Assembly: GCA_030704615.1 (NCBI GenBank)
Contig: CM060733.1
Location: 43,028,001-43,092,000 of the forward strand
DNA: 64,000 bases
Origin: Takakia lepidozioides
Taxonomy: Eukaryota > Plantae > Bryophyta
Direction of reading: 5' to 3'
Shown here: positions 13,801-26,638 of the stretch, piece after piece
Numbering within the stretch: the stretch's first letter is position 1
How the letters are laid out: every line of letters begins with the position of its first letter
Notes under the pieces: model-generated
The model's input: only the letters and a program-made list of their open reading frames with translations
Database searches by the model: none
What the model was told of the DNA's origin: nothing
Position numbers and translations under genes: made by a program

Positions 13801-16800
13801 TCCCTTGTTCTGCCAAAACTGGGTGGGGGGTCTATGGCCACAAAGCTATGACGAACAACATCTTATGTGTACATTCTGTCCCACAGTATTCAAGCACAAT
13901 TGAGCGTTTTCTGACGCCTATGTAGTGTCCAGTTTCACCTTTCAACCCTTGGCCTCTATTAACTGCTTGGTCGACATAAAACTCAACAAATTTTATGATC
14001 TCATGCAGTCTCTCTTCATCCCCTGCTTTTCTTCCTTTTCCCATCATGTCGTCACTTCAATTTTCAAGTGCACCATGCTGTACTCTTATACACGTTTCTT
14101 TGAAACCTCACACAGCAGCTTCCTTACGTCCCATCTTGTTTATTTTGATTCTCAGATGTATTTCTACATTCTCTCACCTACTCTTGGAAGGGGTTGCAGG
14201 TGCATGGCTGGAAAGAATGGGAGGCAGAGACCCAAACACTACCCCATGAGAATGATAACTTCGCAGGTACTCTTGGTTTACATCTGAATTATAGAGGAGG
14301 GGTTACCAAGAATTCATAGCATATTGGGAGAGTCTTAGACCTTGGGGATGTGTGAAGTAAAGACCTCATGCAGCTAGCACTGCACACACACAGGAACAGA
14401 TTGTACTCATAAGACGTCGTTTGCCGTAGCCTTACACACAGGAACAGAGATGGTGTAAATGTAGACAGCGGAGGCATTGAACTTGCCGAGAGTTTTGACC
14501 CTGAGAATCGGCACTGTAGGATATGATATGATCTCTTCTCTACAAGTCATCACAGTTAGAGCAAAATACATAGGTTGAAGCCTCACAATTGTCGCACCTT
14601 GGTTGGTTGGAGGACTCCTGTGTTCTCGTATATTCCAGCTCTGAGTTTCAAAGCGCTCCCTTGCACAAAAAATCGTGGCAGGTGAAGGCCAAGTATTTCT
14701 CCATCTGTAGACTGCTTTTATCAGACATCATAGCTAGTTTTGAAGGCCTGGTTTACCGTACCGTAGTAACCATGTCAAACAACAATGTCAAATTGAAGTA
14801 AGTGAACACTTGTGGAGATCAAGCATGCTTGAAAGGCTCTTCAGTTGAATGTCAATTGTGGGATAATGTCAGTGGAACCCAAAGTGTGTTCTATCACCGA
14901 GAAGAACTGCCAAGTACATTGGGTCTTAGTAAGGACATTATACAACTGGTTGATGGATGCAGAGATGATAAAGAATATAACTTACAGCCGACAGTCAACA
15001 TTCGTTCGCTATCACACCTCAAAACCATGGAGCAGATCGAGGTTCCTTGTCTGGGTGGTGAGTGTCTTACCAGGGTACATCCTATTTTCATACTGTTAAA
15101 GAAATGAAAAACCACTTAAAGACCCCAACAACTAACCTGCTGAAGTCCACAGGAGAGACGGGGATAGACAAGTGTTCTCTCCCAGTGAACTATAACTGTG
15201 ATGTATGGTGTAGTTGCTGTGGTATCCCATCCTTTCCAAGGCAGTTATGGGGTTTTTAACCCAAAATGCATAGCCATCATATACAGCTGACAAATTCAGT
15301 TACAGTCGCTGGCTTTAGCATCATTCTAGCAAGCATGAGGTTGATTCCATCAAATGGGGAGATAGAATGTATTCATGCTGTTCCCTGTGAGCGTTGACTT
15401 GCCATAGCCTTACAGCCATTGACCCCACGGAAAACTAACCCCCCGGAGCCTTCTGTGGGGTTCGCACCCGCCAGGGTTTAGCTTATTCCTGCAACTCATT
15501 TGCAGGTATAAACTTCTCTTCCGCAACTGCCATTAAGGTGCTCACAGAGGCACTTGTCCGCATGCAAAGCCGACAGCCCGGCATGTATTGATTTAGTTCT
15601 ATAGCCTAGCATTTACCACTGAATTAACATGCATGGGGAGTGTGCAGGACACAGGAGGCTTCTGTCTGTCACTCTGGGTTGTGTGCAGGGAGATAGAGAG
15701 AGTGTCTAGGGAAGGATTACACTAACAAGGACATCTTGTTCTCTTGTGTGCTAGGTTTGCTTCTTTCGTCAATTCTGGAGTTCTGTGACGCATGCTGATT
15801 ATGTGACCCTGCGTCTGGGCTTCATCACAGTGAGTCCTGATTGTTTTCCTAAGCAAATATCTTTGGTTCACTTTTCGCACCAGTATTACAAAAGGAGTAT
15901 ATTTCTTGATAAACTGCTCAAACAAGAAAAAGACTCCTCAAATAATCACCCCCTGAAGTAAGGGAGCAGTAGAGTGTCCTTCTACAATGCCGACCTCTTA
16001 CACATCTGAGGCCTGTCAAGTTAACAATGCCCTTGTGGATGCTTTTCCTCACTATAAGATGTTTTAATGACAGCGGAACACACACACCCCACTTGGTTTT
16101 GGAAAGGATTCAAAGCTCAGTTGTCTTCTTTTGACTACCATTGGGAGCACTATGGGGAGATGCAATCCGACTGACTGCACTTGGGTTCTGAGAACCTGCA
16201 GAATCATAATACAGGACTCAACTATAACTTCCATAGCTACATGATACGGTGTATGGAGGATGAGTTCAAATCAATTGTTGGAATAAGGTGTGGGCTTCTC
16301 GCAGCTTTGTCACTGTTGCTTCATGATCACTACCTTGACAGGGGTCCTTGGATGAGGTGAAAATGACTGGAGACTCTGGGCTTGTGTGTGCTCCAAATCA
16401 TGTCCCTAAGGTGTCAAGAAATTTAGTAGCAATTTTTTTTTTCTTTTTTTTTTGGTAGTTTTAGGTGTAGATGGCTCACACTCACATACCCCTTGAGACT
16501 CTTGATTTCCATGAAAGACTGTATCAATCCAGTGATGGTAACTGAGACATAAGGAGATGGGGTGGGGGATGGGCATGCCAGTGCTCCATTGTGGGGATTT
16601 GTGGTAATCTTCTTGCTCTTGAACGTCAAAGGTAATGCCCAATTCCTTTTTTTGGAGAGTAGATAGAGATCATTGCATCGTATGAGCAAATTCCAGTTTC
16701 TTTCTGGCATCTTCCCTTGTCTGCAAAGGGCTCTTCTATACTCATGGTACTGTACTTTTCAGTTGATTTTTCTCAAAAGCAGTATTTTATGGCTCTCTTT

Positions 16801-19800
16801 TCGCAATGTTTTGGATGGTTTCTCTTTTATGGCACACAGTGACCTTTCTTGGAATTGTCGGGTTTTAGCTTTCATCATTGTCACCTTGTATTGTTGGCAA
16901 GAATTCCTCTTGTAACCCTCAGATGACGTATCATCCTTGATGTGGTTACATGTATCATATTGGCTCATGCATGTTGGTCAGTGAAGAATCCCGATATCTC
17001 GCATCTGGAATTTTTGCTGCATACCTTCTTTATTTGGCATTGCCAATGATTGGGATTCTATGCAGGGTCCAACTTATACTTCTGGATCTCATTTGTCCCG
17101 GTCGTTGTAAGTATTCCTGCTTCTAATTTTTTACCCGTCCCCAGGTTTTCCCATATTTCTTCCACTGTCCCAGATAGCCAATCCCTCACAGTGGTGTTCC
17201 ATTATGAGGATCAGTAATTCTTAGCAGCATATCTGCATGAGGCATTTGACTCTTAGGCAATCCATTGATCATAATAGTTGTTTTCGGAGGGTCTCACTCT
17301 CTTTCTTGTTTCATGCTTTCCCTTGTCCCATAAGCTCTTTGTGCTTCCGGCAGATGTTATAAAGTATCATTTCTTTTCATTTCTTTTGGCGCTGGAGTTT
17401 TCTTCCACCTTACACTCAAATACTAATGGCGTTCCAATGGGGTTTTAATTTTTTTCCCCGCAAAATAAACTTAATAAAGCTCCAGGGCCACTGTCCCCTG
17501 TTTGTTTTAAAAATAAAAATAAAATAAAATAAAAAATACTAAGCCTGTAACTGTCATTCCTCATCTGGCATACGTCATTATGGGCTTTTTGAATTGATTG
17601 ACTACTAGATCAAGTTCATGTCTGGACTGTTTCATTGCAGAACCTGGGTTGTATTCATGCTGGCCACCTGTCTGAGGCAGAGTATTGCAAATTGTCAGAT
17701 CCGCCTTGTGAACTTCAACAGAGTGGCAACAATTTGGTGACTCCTTTTTGTGGGGATTTCAAATTGCAGCTGTTGCTCGTGGTGGGCGTAAAGCTACAGC
17801 ATGTGATTGCAACGCTAGCTCTGGAGAATGCAGGTGTACAAGGACCCAGTGTAGGTGCCGAGTTGAGACCTAGGAATGAACTGTTTTGGTTCAATCGTCC
17901 TAAGATTCTTCTCACTTTGATCCACTTCATTCTTTTTCAGGTGTGTTGCCATCTCTGTACTCTTTATGTTTGTATTTGGATGACGTCCGTTGTTTTTCTA
18001 ATTTCTTGGAGTTGTCGATGTCAAGTGTAACTGGTCCTCATCTCAGAATGGAAAAGACCTCATGCAGTTTGATAGATGAGAACCTGCCTCAATCTCTTGA
18101 CGATAGGTCATGTTCCACTTCCCATGCTCCAATTCCGAGCATTCTCAATCCATTCACTATAGACATTGTTGATCCACCTCTTCTCAGTGAGTTAGCAAAG
18201 TGTGAGGCATGCCTCAGGTTATACCCTCTGCCAGTTTGAATCTGGGTTGGTAACCCAGAAAGGCACATGCTATAATTAAGGCCTCTGGAGGCCAGAACCA
18301 AGTTATGCAGGTAAGTCCCAGGAGTTGACTGATCCTTCTCAAGCCACGTACGTTACCATTCTTGTGAAAGATTTAACATACTCCTTTGTCTCCCTGTATG
18401 AAAGCTCTGTGTGTTATAATCTGGTCCACTAGTCTATGAGCGCGAACACGCAACTTAGGTTTCTGCCGTAGGTGAAATAGGTCATTGTGTAGGTCCACAG
18501 CTTTTAAGTGATAAAAACCCAAAAGATTCATGGTTTTTCCTGCGGCTCACCATGTTTTAATGTATTCCTAGACCAAGATTAAAACCCGAAAGTGATATGT
18601 ATGATACATACTGTCTGTCGAAGACCTATGACAGGTGCATAAATTGGAGAATTGGCCAGTGACTAACTAGAACACACCTACATGCTATAGTAACTGAAAG
18701 CACAACATATGTAACTAACTGTGTTGACCCACTTGTTCTCCAGAATGCATTTGAGTTGGCAACATTCATCTGGTTCTGGGTAAGGTTTTTCGGCCCTCTC
18801 TATGTCACTCATGAGCAGTGAATGGCCTTGTAGACACCAGACTTGGATCAGATAGTTATATGCACTTTTTTTGTTGAAAATTTTGCATGGAAACTCTTAG
18901 CAGCTAAAAGATAAGGGAAGTCTAGATTGATCAAATGGATGGGACTTAGTCACTGTAGCACGAAGCAGCAGAAACTTACTATGTCTAAGCAACACAATAG
19001 AAAAAGAAAATAAGAAGAAAACAGAATTTGTCATGTCCTTAGGAGGCCTGATGTGTGTATGGTACACATTGTAACAAGAAGATAGAATGCGTGTGGCTTG
19101 GAGATGAAGTGACTCATTTGAAAAGCTGCTAAGCAATTCAGGTCCCATAGCTGAACAGCCTCTCTGCCAAGGACAAGGGAATCTCTACACGACCCTTCAT
19201 CTCATAGTATCTAGGGCAAGGTGGTTTATGATGGATTGCATTCCTATCAATTGGCTGGGCTCCAGCATGACATTCTGTCTGTGATGCAGTGGCAATTTAC
19301 ACTGAAATCATGCTTTTTGGACAGCACCATCTTTGTGTATACACGCCTTGCGGTTGGGTACATGTGCACCCAACTACATTCACATACTCAGTCATAACCA
19401 TTAAGTCAGGAATTACATTTGAGATCACTATGCTTCTGCTTGTATTCATTTCCAGTTGTCTGAGGAGGATGTAGGTGCAGCAATGATGAGAAAGCAAGAG
19501 ATTGTAGATTTTTATGCTTGACAAATTGGCAGTTGGTATAGAGCTCTTGTATAGGATGTGCCATATTTGATATTGGCAGAGACCATCATCACATTGTGAT
19601 CAATATAAAAATGGCCGAAATGTTCCAATCTGAACCAGATGTTTACCTGTCTATGAGGATGTTCATGCACTTTTAATCCCATTGATGTCACAGTCCATTA
19701 GAGGGTATAGCTGTGAAAGAACAAAAAATAATCTCAGATGGTACTTATATTGTCCAACTTGGTGCAGACTTGCTGCACAGGTTTTTTGCAGCTTCAGCAC

Positions 19801-21932
19801 TCTGCCTCTTTATGCCCTAGTTTCTCAGGTAAGGTCAATTTTAAGCTCTGACTCCTACCTTTCCTGTTTTATAGTCTCCGAGACTGTCAATATGCGCCTG
19901 TCTTCCAGTTTTGACTGGATTGTACAATGATGTACACCTGCATATTGGACTCATTTTGTTATACCTGTCATCCCCCTGGAAGTGTGAGGGCTATGTACCC
20001 CAACTTAAAAGACTGATACAAGAGTATAATCATGCCACTAAGGGCAAGGTGTTACTGAATACCACTTTTGAGCCCGATAGATGCTGTGAGGTCCTGGCCT
20101 GTCAACCCCTTGGGTGGAGGGGCTTGTAACCTTGTCAGAAAGATTGTAAGCCGGAAGATGGGCTCGGGTTTGAAGTGGGATGCATACAAATTCCGCACAT
20201 AGAATTTGTGATGGTGTTTTCCCTCTAGCTCCGAGCATTCGGAGGAAGGACGATTGCAGCGGTTCCAGATTCTTTTCCCACCAGGAAACTGGGACACCAG
20301 TTGCCCAGAACTCTCAGCCATAATTGGCGGCAGGGGTGACAAAGGAGTTGAAGAGCCACTTTCGGTGGGGTGGTTCAATGTGGAAAGTAGCAAGGCTGGA
20401 GTTTAGCAGGGTCCAGTGCAAGATAGACCACTTCTGCTGTTGTCGGGTTTCAGTGTGGAAAGTAGCAAGGCTGGCACCCAGAGGGTTCTGGCACCAGAGT
20501 GTTTATTTGCATTTAGCCTGAAGGCATATGGAGGCAGCCTTGCCCTTGGTCAATCTGTCCATAGCAGGTGATACAAACTGAGATTTGAGTGAGTGGATAA
20601 CCAGCCCCAGGTATGGGCACAAATTCACGAATTGGTCCCCCATCCAAAGGCACCCTCCAACTCCATTATTCCGTGCAATGTATCCTTCCAAAGCATCTAT
20701 ATAGATGCCAATGCACTGGTCTGTTGGGTTTGCAGATGGGAACTCACCACAAGAAAGCAATATTCCCTACTCATGTGAATGACGCCATACAAGGATGGCG
20801 TAAGACAGCAAAAAGAAGAGTGAGACATGGCCCCGTCATGCATTCGCATGATGTCTCCCACAGAAGCCATGACGATTTTCCCACTGATAAAATCCCTATA
20901 AGATACAATGACTCTTTGGGTTTCACACAGGCATCGAAGATATTCACACCTCTAGACTTGCCGCAAAACATACTCTTGGAAGAGGGATCTTATTTAAGGT
21001 ACTAAAGACTTCCCTACATGTGCATTGAATAGACTACAGGACAACTATATTGCAATAGGGTTGCAGCTTCAGGGGCATCTGTTACCCTGGGGTGGTTGCA
21101 CCTTGGAAGATCCCCACCTCATATCATGTTTCCTATTGGTAACTGAACTACCATAATTGGCCTGCAAACTGGACCACAGTCGGTTAGAAAGGGAGTGAGA
21201 GTGGGGTCCCAGCATGCAACAGAGTGATTACTATCACTCAAGCTCATTGAGAATTTATTGGCTGAAGGGTCGAGATGTGGGCGGATACATACTGGCACAA
21301 GGCAGGCTTAAACAAGTGATGATGGTGGGTTGGCTCACAGGGGTAATTCACTGCCCGGACATAGACGGACGACACTGCAGGAAGATGCGAGGCGCCAAAA
21401 TGTGTGGGAGCGCAGGACAGCCAGCTATAGGAACGACTGGCTAGCCTCACAAAATGTTGTGGACAGGAGCAAAGGCCTGCTCACAAAGCCACATAGCATG
21501 CCAGAGCCTTCACCCAACCTGTTGGCACTAAGACGCCGCCCACCACCAACGCCTGTTGCACAAGACGGTGACTTATCTTCTTCCCTTTGGAAAACTGTTA
21601 TTGTTTGCCTCCTTTTTCCTTATCCTTGTCTAGTGGTTGTAAATTTCCTTTTTGGAATTTGTGGTAGGAGGGTCTTGCTTTGGTTAGTGGTGATTTGGTG
21701 CTCAGGTCATGTTGTAGTTGGTTGTGCTGAGTTAGTGTAAAAGGGAGGCTTTCCCTCCTCAATTTAGTTCCCAATGCCATCAATTCATTTTTGTGAGGCG
21801 GCTTGAATATCCTTCTTTCATCGCTTACACATGCATCCTCCAGCCATGACTACAGGAACACTTCACCCCCTGGCGACCCCTACAGTGGACAGATTGACTC
21901 CCAGAGAAATCGTCAAAGAGCAAACGGAGTAA
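10893..21932 (+). CDS. MLO: MLO family 7-TM protein, clade I (AtMLO11/14-like)
   Basis: GT-AG exons assembled in frame: 10893-11021, 12162-12219, 12664-12920, 13316-13432, 14200-14266, 14963-15057, 15755-15829, 16202-16287, 16582-16631, 17066-17106, 17770-17940, 18744-18779, 19290-19357, 19768-19828, 20736-20998, then less certain 21341-21567 and 21844-21932 (alternative stop at 21005). Motifs: RSLEFTPTW, ELMLLGF, QLHIFIF, CFFRQF, KLQHVIATLALE, LFWFNRP, TLPLYALVSQMG and CaM-binding GWRKTAKRR. Confidence 0.95.
11325..11500 (-). mobile_element. Ty3/gypsy integrase C-terminal (GPY/F) fragment in MLO intron 1
   Basis: 'GDLVLWLQKKGKIKASKLKSPWKGPYVIQK'. Near-identical to 53470-53650. Confidence 0.8.
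14401..14433 (-). mobile_element. 5'-truncated poly(A)-less retroposon (GTACTCATAAGACG family)
   Basis: 33-bp insert between perfect 15-bp TSDs acacacaggaacaga (14386-14400, 14434-14448). Further copies at ~13800-13882, ~15365-15428, 38700-38741 and 39549-40215. Confidence 0.8.
17222..17535 (+). mobile_element. LINE 3' end in MLO intron
   Basis: Ends AATAAA..GGGCCACTGTCCCCT plus an A-rich tail. The 5' part is similar to 11560-11700. Confidence 0.6.
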
Positions 21933-23553
21933 GATCCGAGGGGATCCACCAATATTTAAGGGCAGCATTTTATGTCATGGCCATGAAAAGCTCAACAAGA
22001 TGAAAAGGAGTGGAACCAAAGCTCCAAACCAGCTGCAAGTCAGGTCTTCCATTGGTACTAATGATGCAACCTGGCACAAACTCACTGAGGAGTATATTTG
22101 CATTTCCTTCAGTCCACAACTCTGGGCTCCATATATCCACCTGTTTGCTGCAACCCACTTCTGGATCCTGAAGAACACAGTCATACTAAATTGCTGCTTA
22201 GGAGGTTGCACAAATATGTCCAGCTCAGGTTGATCGGTGTTTGGACACGAGAATTTCACGATTAGAACTGTCAAAACGCCATGATGTTTGAACTTTTGGA
22301 CAGCATGTAGTACTACGCTTCCAGTTGGAACACTCCAGATCTGTGGATGACCTCTGAGAACAACTCACCAGTCAATAGGTTGAAACTTGAAACTGCCTCT
22401 GCAATACTCGAGAACCATGATCTGAGAACCATGAAGCCAACACAAAATTGATAGGCAGCAAAACTTTATGCTCGTGTGATTTTACAGCATTCCAAGAGTA
22501 GCCACAATCTCTCTGTCTTCAGTGCCCAAAAGTATGTAACATATTCCCCCCCTGCTATCCCCAAGGATTAACTTAACACCTAAAAATACAAAGGATTCTT
22601 AACATTGGCTAACATCATTAAGATGTCCAATCAACAGTTGACTTGCATAACTATGCTACCCAACATTCAGTGAGGACTTGTACAGCAATTGACTCAAACA
22701 TCATCTCAGAACTAACATTGATGTCCAAAACTACTGGTTCGGACTTCAGACTCTGTTCAAATAGGCCGCATTTAGTGGAACACGGTACTGGAACAGTGAG
22801 AGAGAGAAAAAGAGAGAGAGGAGATGGAAACCAAAGTCATCTTTAGAAAAAATCAACAGAGTGATGCAGACTCGCTAGAAAAAAATTCCTTCTCATAATG
22901 ATATGGGAAAGTATGTAGTCTACCGGGGTGGGATGCTTGTATAGAAAGTAGTGTCAAGCACAAATGGACAAGACGCCCTCCGTTGGATCTTGTTATGGTG
23001 CTTCCTGCGCTGACCCAAGAGCATAAAGTTCGCAGGCAGGTATAAATTCAGGTAGGTATGTCTCACCCACATGAATTCCAGAAATCAAGGGCAATGGGGT
23101 AGCCTCGTGTGAGCACTGTGGGAACATTAAAGTGAGGGCGACTTGATAAAGGTTGAGCACCTCCTTGCCCTGTGGATGCGGCCCCCGCTGACCTGCAACG
23201 TGCAGTGGAGCATTAAACAGAGAGCAGTGCAGCATTTAGTAGTGTGCACACTGCACACTGGCTTTCAAGAGAGGCAGCCTCCTCTCCTCCGCATACGATG
23301 GAAGCCCACCTTTGGTTAGTTTTAATTGCAGTACAAGTTTAGAAGTGCTGCGCATGCGTGGGCGCTAATCTGGGCCCACTGGATTTCATTCCCACAATTC
23401 CTCGAATCCATGTCAGATAATCCGGTGCGTACAATGCAGCCTTAGATTTGACCTGACCAGTTGAGCTCGTAAACACTTGTATTGGCCTTCCAGTTCGAAA
23501 AGGCAAGGGGCTGCACATGCAGGATTTTCTCAATATTGTGTTTGGATCCCAAC

Positions 23554-25096
23554 CAGTGTTGTTTTTTGACAGGTAGCCCTACCTTTTTTGTGACAGGTTA
23601 AATTTTTTTTTGACTTTCACTGTGACATACAACTTTGAGAAAATGCCTTTCACATGACAGGTTGACAGATTTTTGACCTTTCACACAATTTTGTCATATG
23701 AAATGGAGACAAAAAATGAAAAGAAGCGTGAATTTAAAAATAAAATAAAACAAAATAAAATGTGAACTTCTTACAACTACAATTAGTGAAGCTCCAGTCC
23801 GTGAATACATATGGTATTGTCTTTACTATTTTCATGGGTTCCAACTCAAACATGTAGCATTTGTACCACTTATTCTCTAGCTATAAGACTTTAGCAACCT
23901 CTTCATACGTAGTAGTCCCAAGCCTCTCTTCTTTGAGAGAGATTCTCTTGGCTTATCAATGAGCTAGGAATACAATATGTCAGTTGATTGTAAGTTAAGA
24001 TTTTGAGTCATGCAGGATGGCCATGTCGAATTTGCAGTGGTTTGAATATGGCACCTTCTTCCACAACAAATGCTTTTGAAACAGGATCAGAGAGGGACTC
24101 AAGAAGAATTTTTCTGGCACTGCTGTGGGTACACCGTGTAAGGGAGAACAAGTCAAACAGGCACTACACGATTTGAACCAACAATTCATTTTGGCCGCGA
24201 GACTCCAATACTTAATTGTGCATTTTACAAGGGCGTATCAAGAGTAAAGACCTAGAAACAAGAAAGCAAGTGCATGCCCACATTATCCAAAATGGATATT
24301 TTCAAATATCTGTCTATTCAACACCCGGTCTCAAGAAAAAAAAAAAAAAAACTAAGAATGGAGGCTGGAGCACGCACAGGAAACAAAGAGGGAGAGCCTA
24401 AGTAAGCTTAGAGGTTTAAGGCTTGAAACACAAAGAAGGGCAGCTGGCACTCGGCGTTTTTTTTATAGGCGAATTTTCGCCAGATTTCGACCTCAAAAAA
24501 AGAAAAGGAATATTCTGTCGAAAGTCCCATGTTTTTCATGGATGAAATTGCCAAATTTCTCCAAATAAAAATAAATTATGGATGCATTTGCCAAATATGG
24601 ATGATATATATGGATTATGGTACAAAAGTGGATGATTTCAGTGGATGAACAGAATGTACTGCTATTTTCTGCATAACTCTGTAGCCACTCGTGCTGTTTT
24701 CAAAATTTCCTAAGAAAAACACTGCTGGCAGTGCTCAGTGAGGCTCCCCTATGTGGATTTACTAGTAAGATTAACAAAAACTACTAACAATTTGTACCTT
24801 TTTTAGCCTCTCCTAGCCTCTAGATGTACTTACTAATAAAATTGCTAATAACTATCAGTAATCTCTGCAGATTTTCTATTCATTTGTAGCTTTCAGGCTT
24901 TGTGAGCCTCTCCTAGGTGGACCAAATTACCCCTAATTATCAGAAATTTCTGCCTTTCTTTTGACAGGCTAATTTTTTTTTGACTTTCACTGTGACAGGC
25001 ATTTTTTTCTCATTGCCTTTCTTTTGACAGGCTCATTTGTTTTTTGCCTTTTTTTGCCTGTCAAATGCCTTGTGACAGGTGCAAAAATCAGCCATG
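23554..25096. mobile_element. hAT-like non-autonomous element (~1.54 kb) carrying a PPR gene fragment and a nested MITE
   Basis: Perfect 8-bp TSD atcccaac (23546-23553, 25097-25104). Imperfect TIRs CAGTGTTGTTTTTT / AAAAATCAGCCATG. Repeated subterminal TGACAGG motifs at both ends. Confidence 0.8.
24452..24724. mobile_element. hAT MITE family A, nested
   Basis: TSD ctggcact/ctggcagt and TIRs CGGCGTTTTT / AAAAACACTG. Homologous to 1034-1325. Confidence 0.8.
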
Positions 25097-26638
25097 ATCC
25101 CAACCCATGCATTGTGGATCTTTCAACAAGTGGCAACTTCAAATATGTACACAGTAATCTGCCAGGAAGTTGGTTGTGAATGAAGACGTCCGATCACAGG
25201 ATTCTGAAAGCGAACTTGTGATTGCACAGTGATGAGCGTTCAATCGCAAATGTTGGAGCAGACGTGCTGCGTAGCGACATATCACAGGAACAGCAGGCAT
25301 CGAGGCACCCATGACGGTAGGCTTCCTCACACGACATCACTCTCTTATATATTTATGTGATGGGAAAAGAAGTATTCAATGAGTGAGATGGTAGTATGCT
25401 GAGATCGATTGTAAATAGATTAACAAAGGGATGGGCAGCTGCTGTCTAGCGTTTAGGTAGAACCCACCTTCCTTGACATTCTGGGGTAGACGAGAGCCGC
25501 CTGTGAGAGGAGTAACATCTCTGACACTTGCTTAAATTAGCTGCCACTGCTTTCCCTTGAAGCTCTCCCGCATTTGTGAGAGAGACCCACGGTCCACCTA
25601 CCCGGTATTGTGCTTCGTGACAACTTGAGTGACGCCACGAACTGCGCAAGCTCAAGAGATGAAAGCTGTGATGAGAGCGCCATTGCAGGGAGTCTTGAGA
25701 ATGAAATTCAATGAGCACTAAAGAATATCGCAGGAACTTGAGTTAAGTATGCAAATGCCGAAGCCACTGTTTGCGCACCACAAACCGGTGCGCGTAGCCA
25801 CCTCAGTTGCTCATCCCATTGTGTCTTCATCACAGTTGGCATCCCTCGCAGATACAACGAGCGCCCGATGTAGGTGCATCTCGCTGATAGAACCGGGCAA
25901 TTGCCCAATCAAGTACAGTAACACGGATTATGACTGCTGTGTATGTTTGTACTGTGCGTAAGTAGATCTGCGTGTCGCTCCTTTCCTTCCGAGGGTAATT
26001 TGGGTAGGTATCTTTCTCCTGCCGTTGTAATGGGCATCCCTTCGACAGGCGATCCCGCAATGGTCGAGATCTCATTTTTGAAAAGGATCCCGCGTACCTT
26101 GGAGCTAGAATGGCGTGGACTCTCCTTTGGCCTAACGTCTTTGTGAGCTTTTGACCCCGCCTTATTGGCTGCTACAGGAATTGCTCCGAATAACGACCTC
26201 GCAGGGATGCCGTGACCGCCTGATTGCCTCCAACCGGGAATGTACTTCCAGCTCTAGAGAAGTTCAGGGCTGAAGAATTGTGAAGCTGAAAGGAGATGGG
26301 AGTGGGATGGGAAATGTGAGGAGGCCTATGTCTGGTCTCTACCACCCGCATTGCACTGTGACACACCCCCTGTTCGATGTTTGGCTCAGCACGGCCAAGA
26401 TCAGCATTCTTACTGTAGATTGTGATCGTCCAATGCAGACGTCCCTGCTATGAATGTGTAAATGGCTTACTGATCGACGACATTGAAAGACTCGTGGGGG
26501 CTCAAAACCATGTAGCGAAACGTACCACTGCTCTGGGTGGTAGCAGCTCACACGATCTACCCCTTTACCCCTTTACACTGGTGTCGACGAAAGTCTTTCC
26601 TCCTCGGAACACTGAACAATGTCAAGAGCTAAGGTTCA

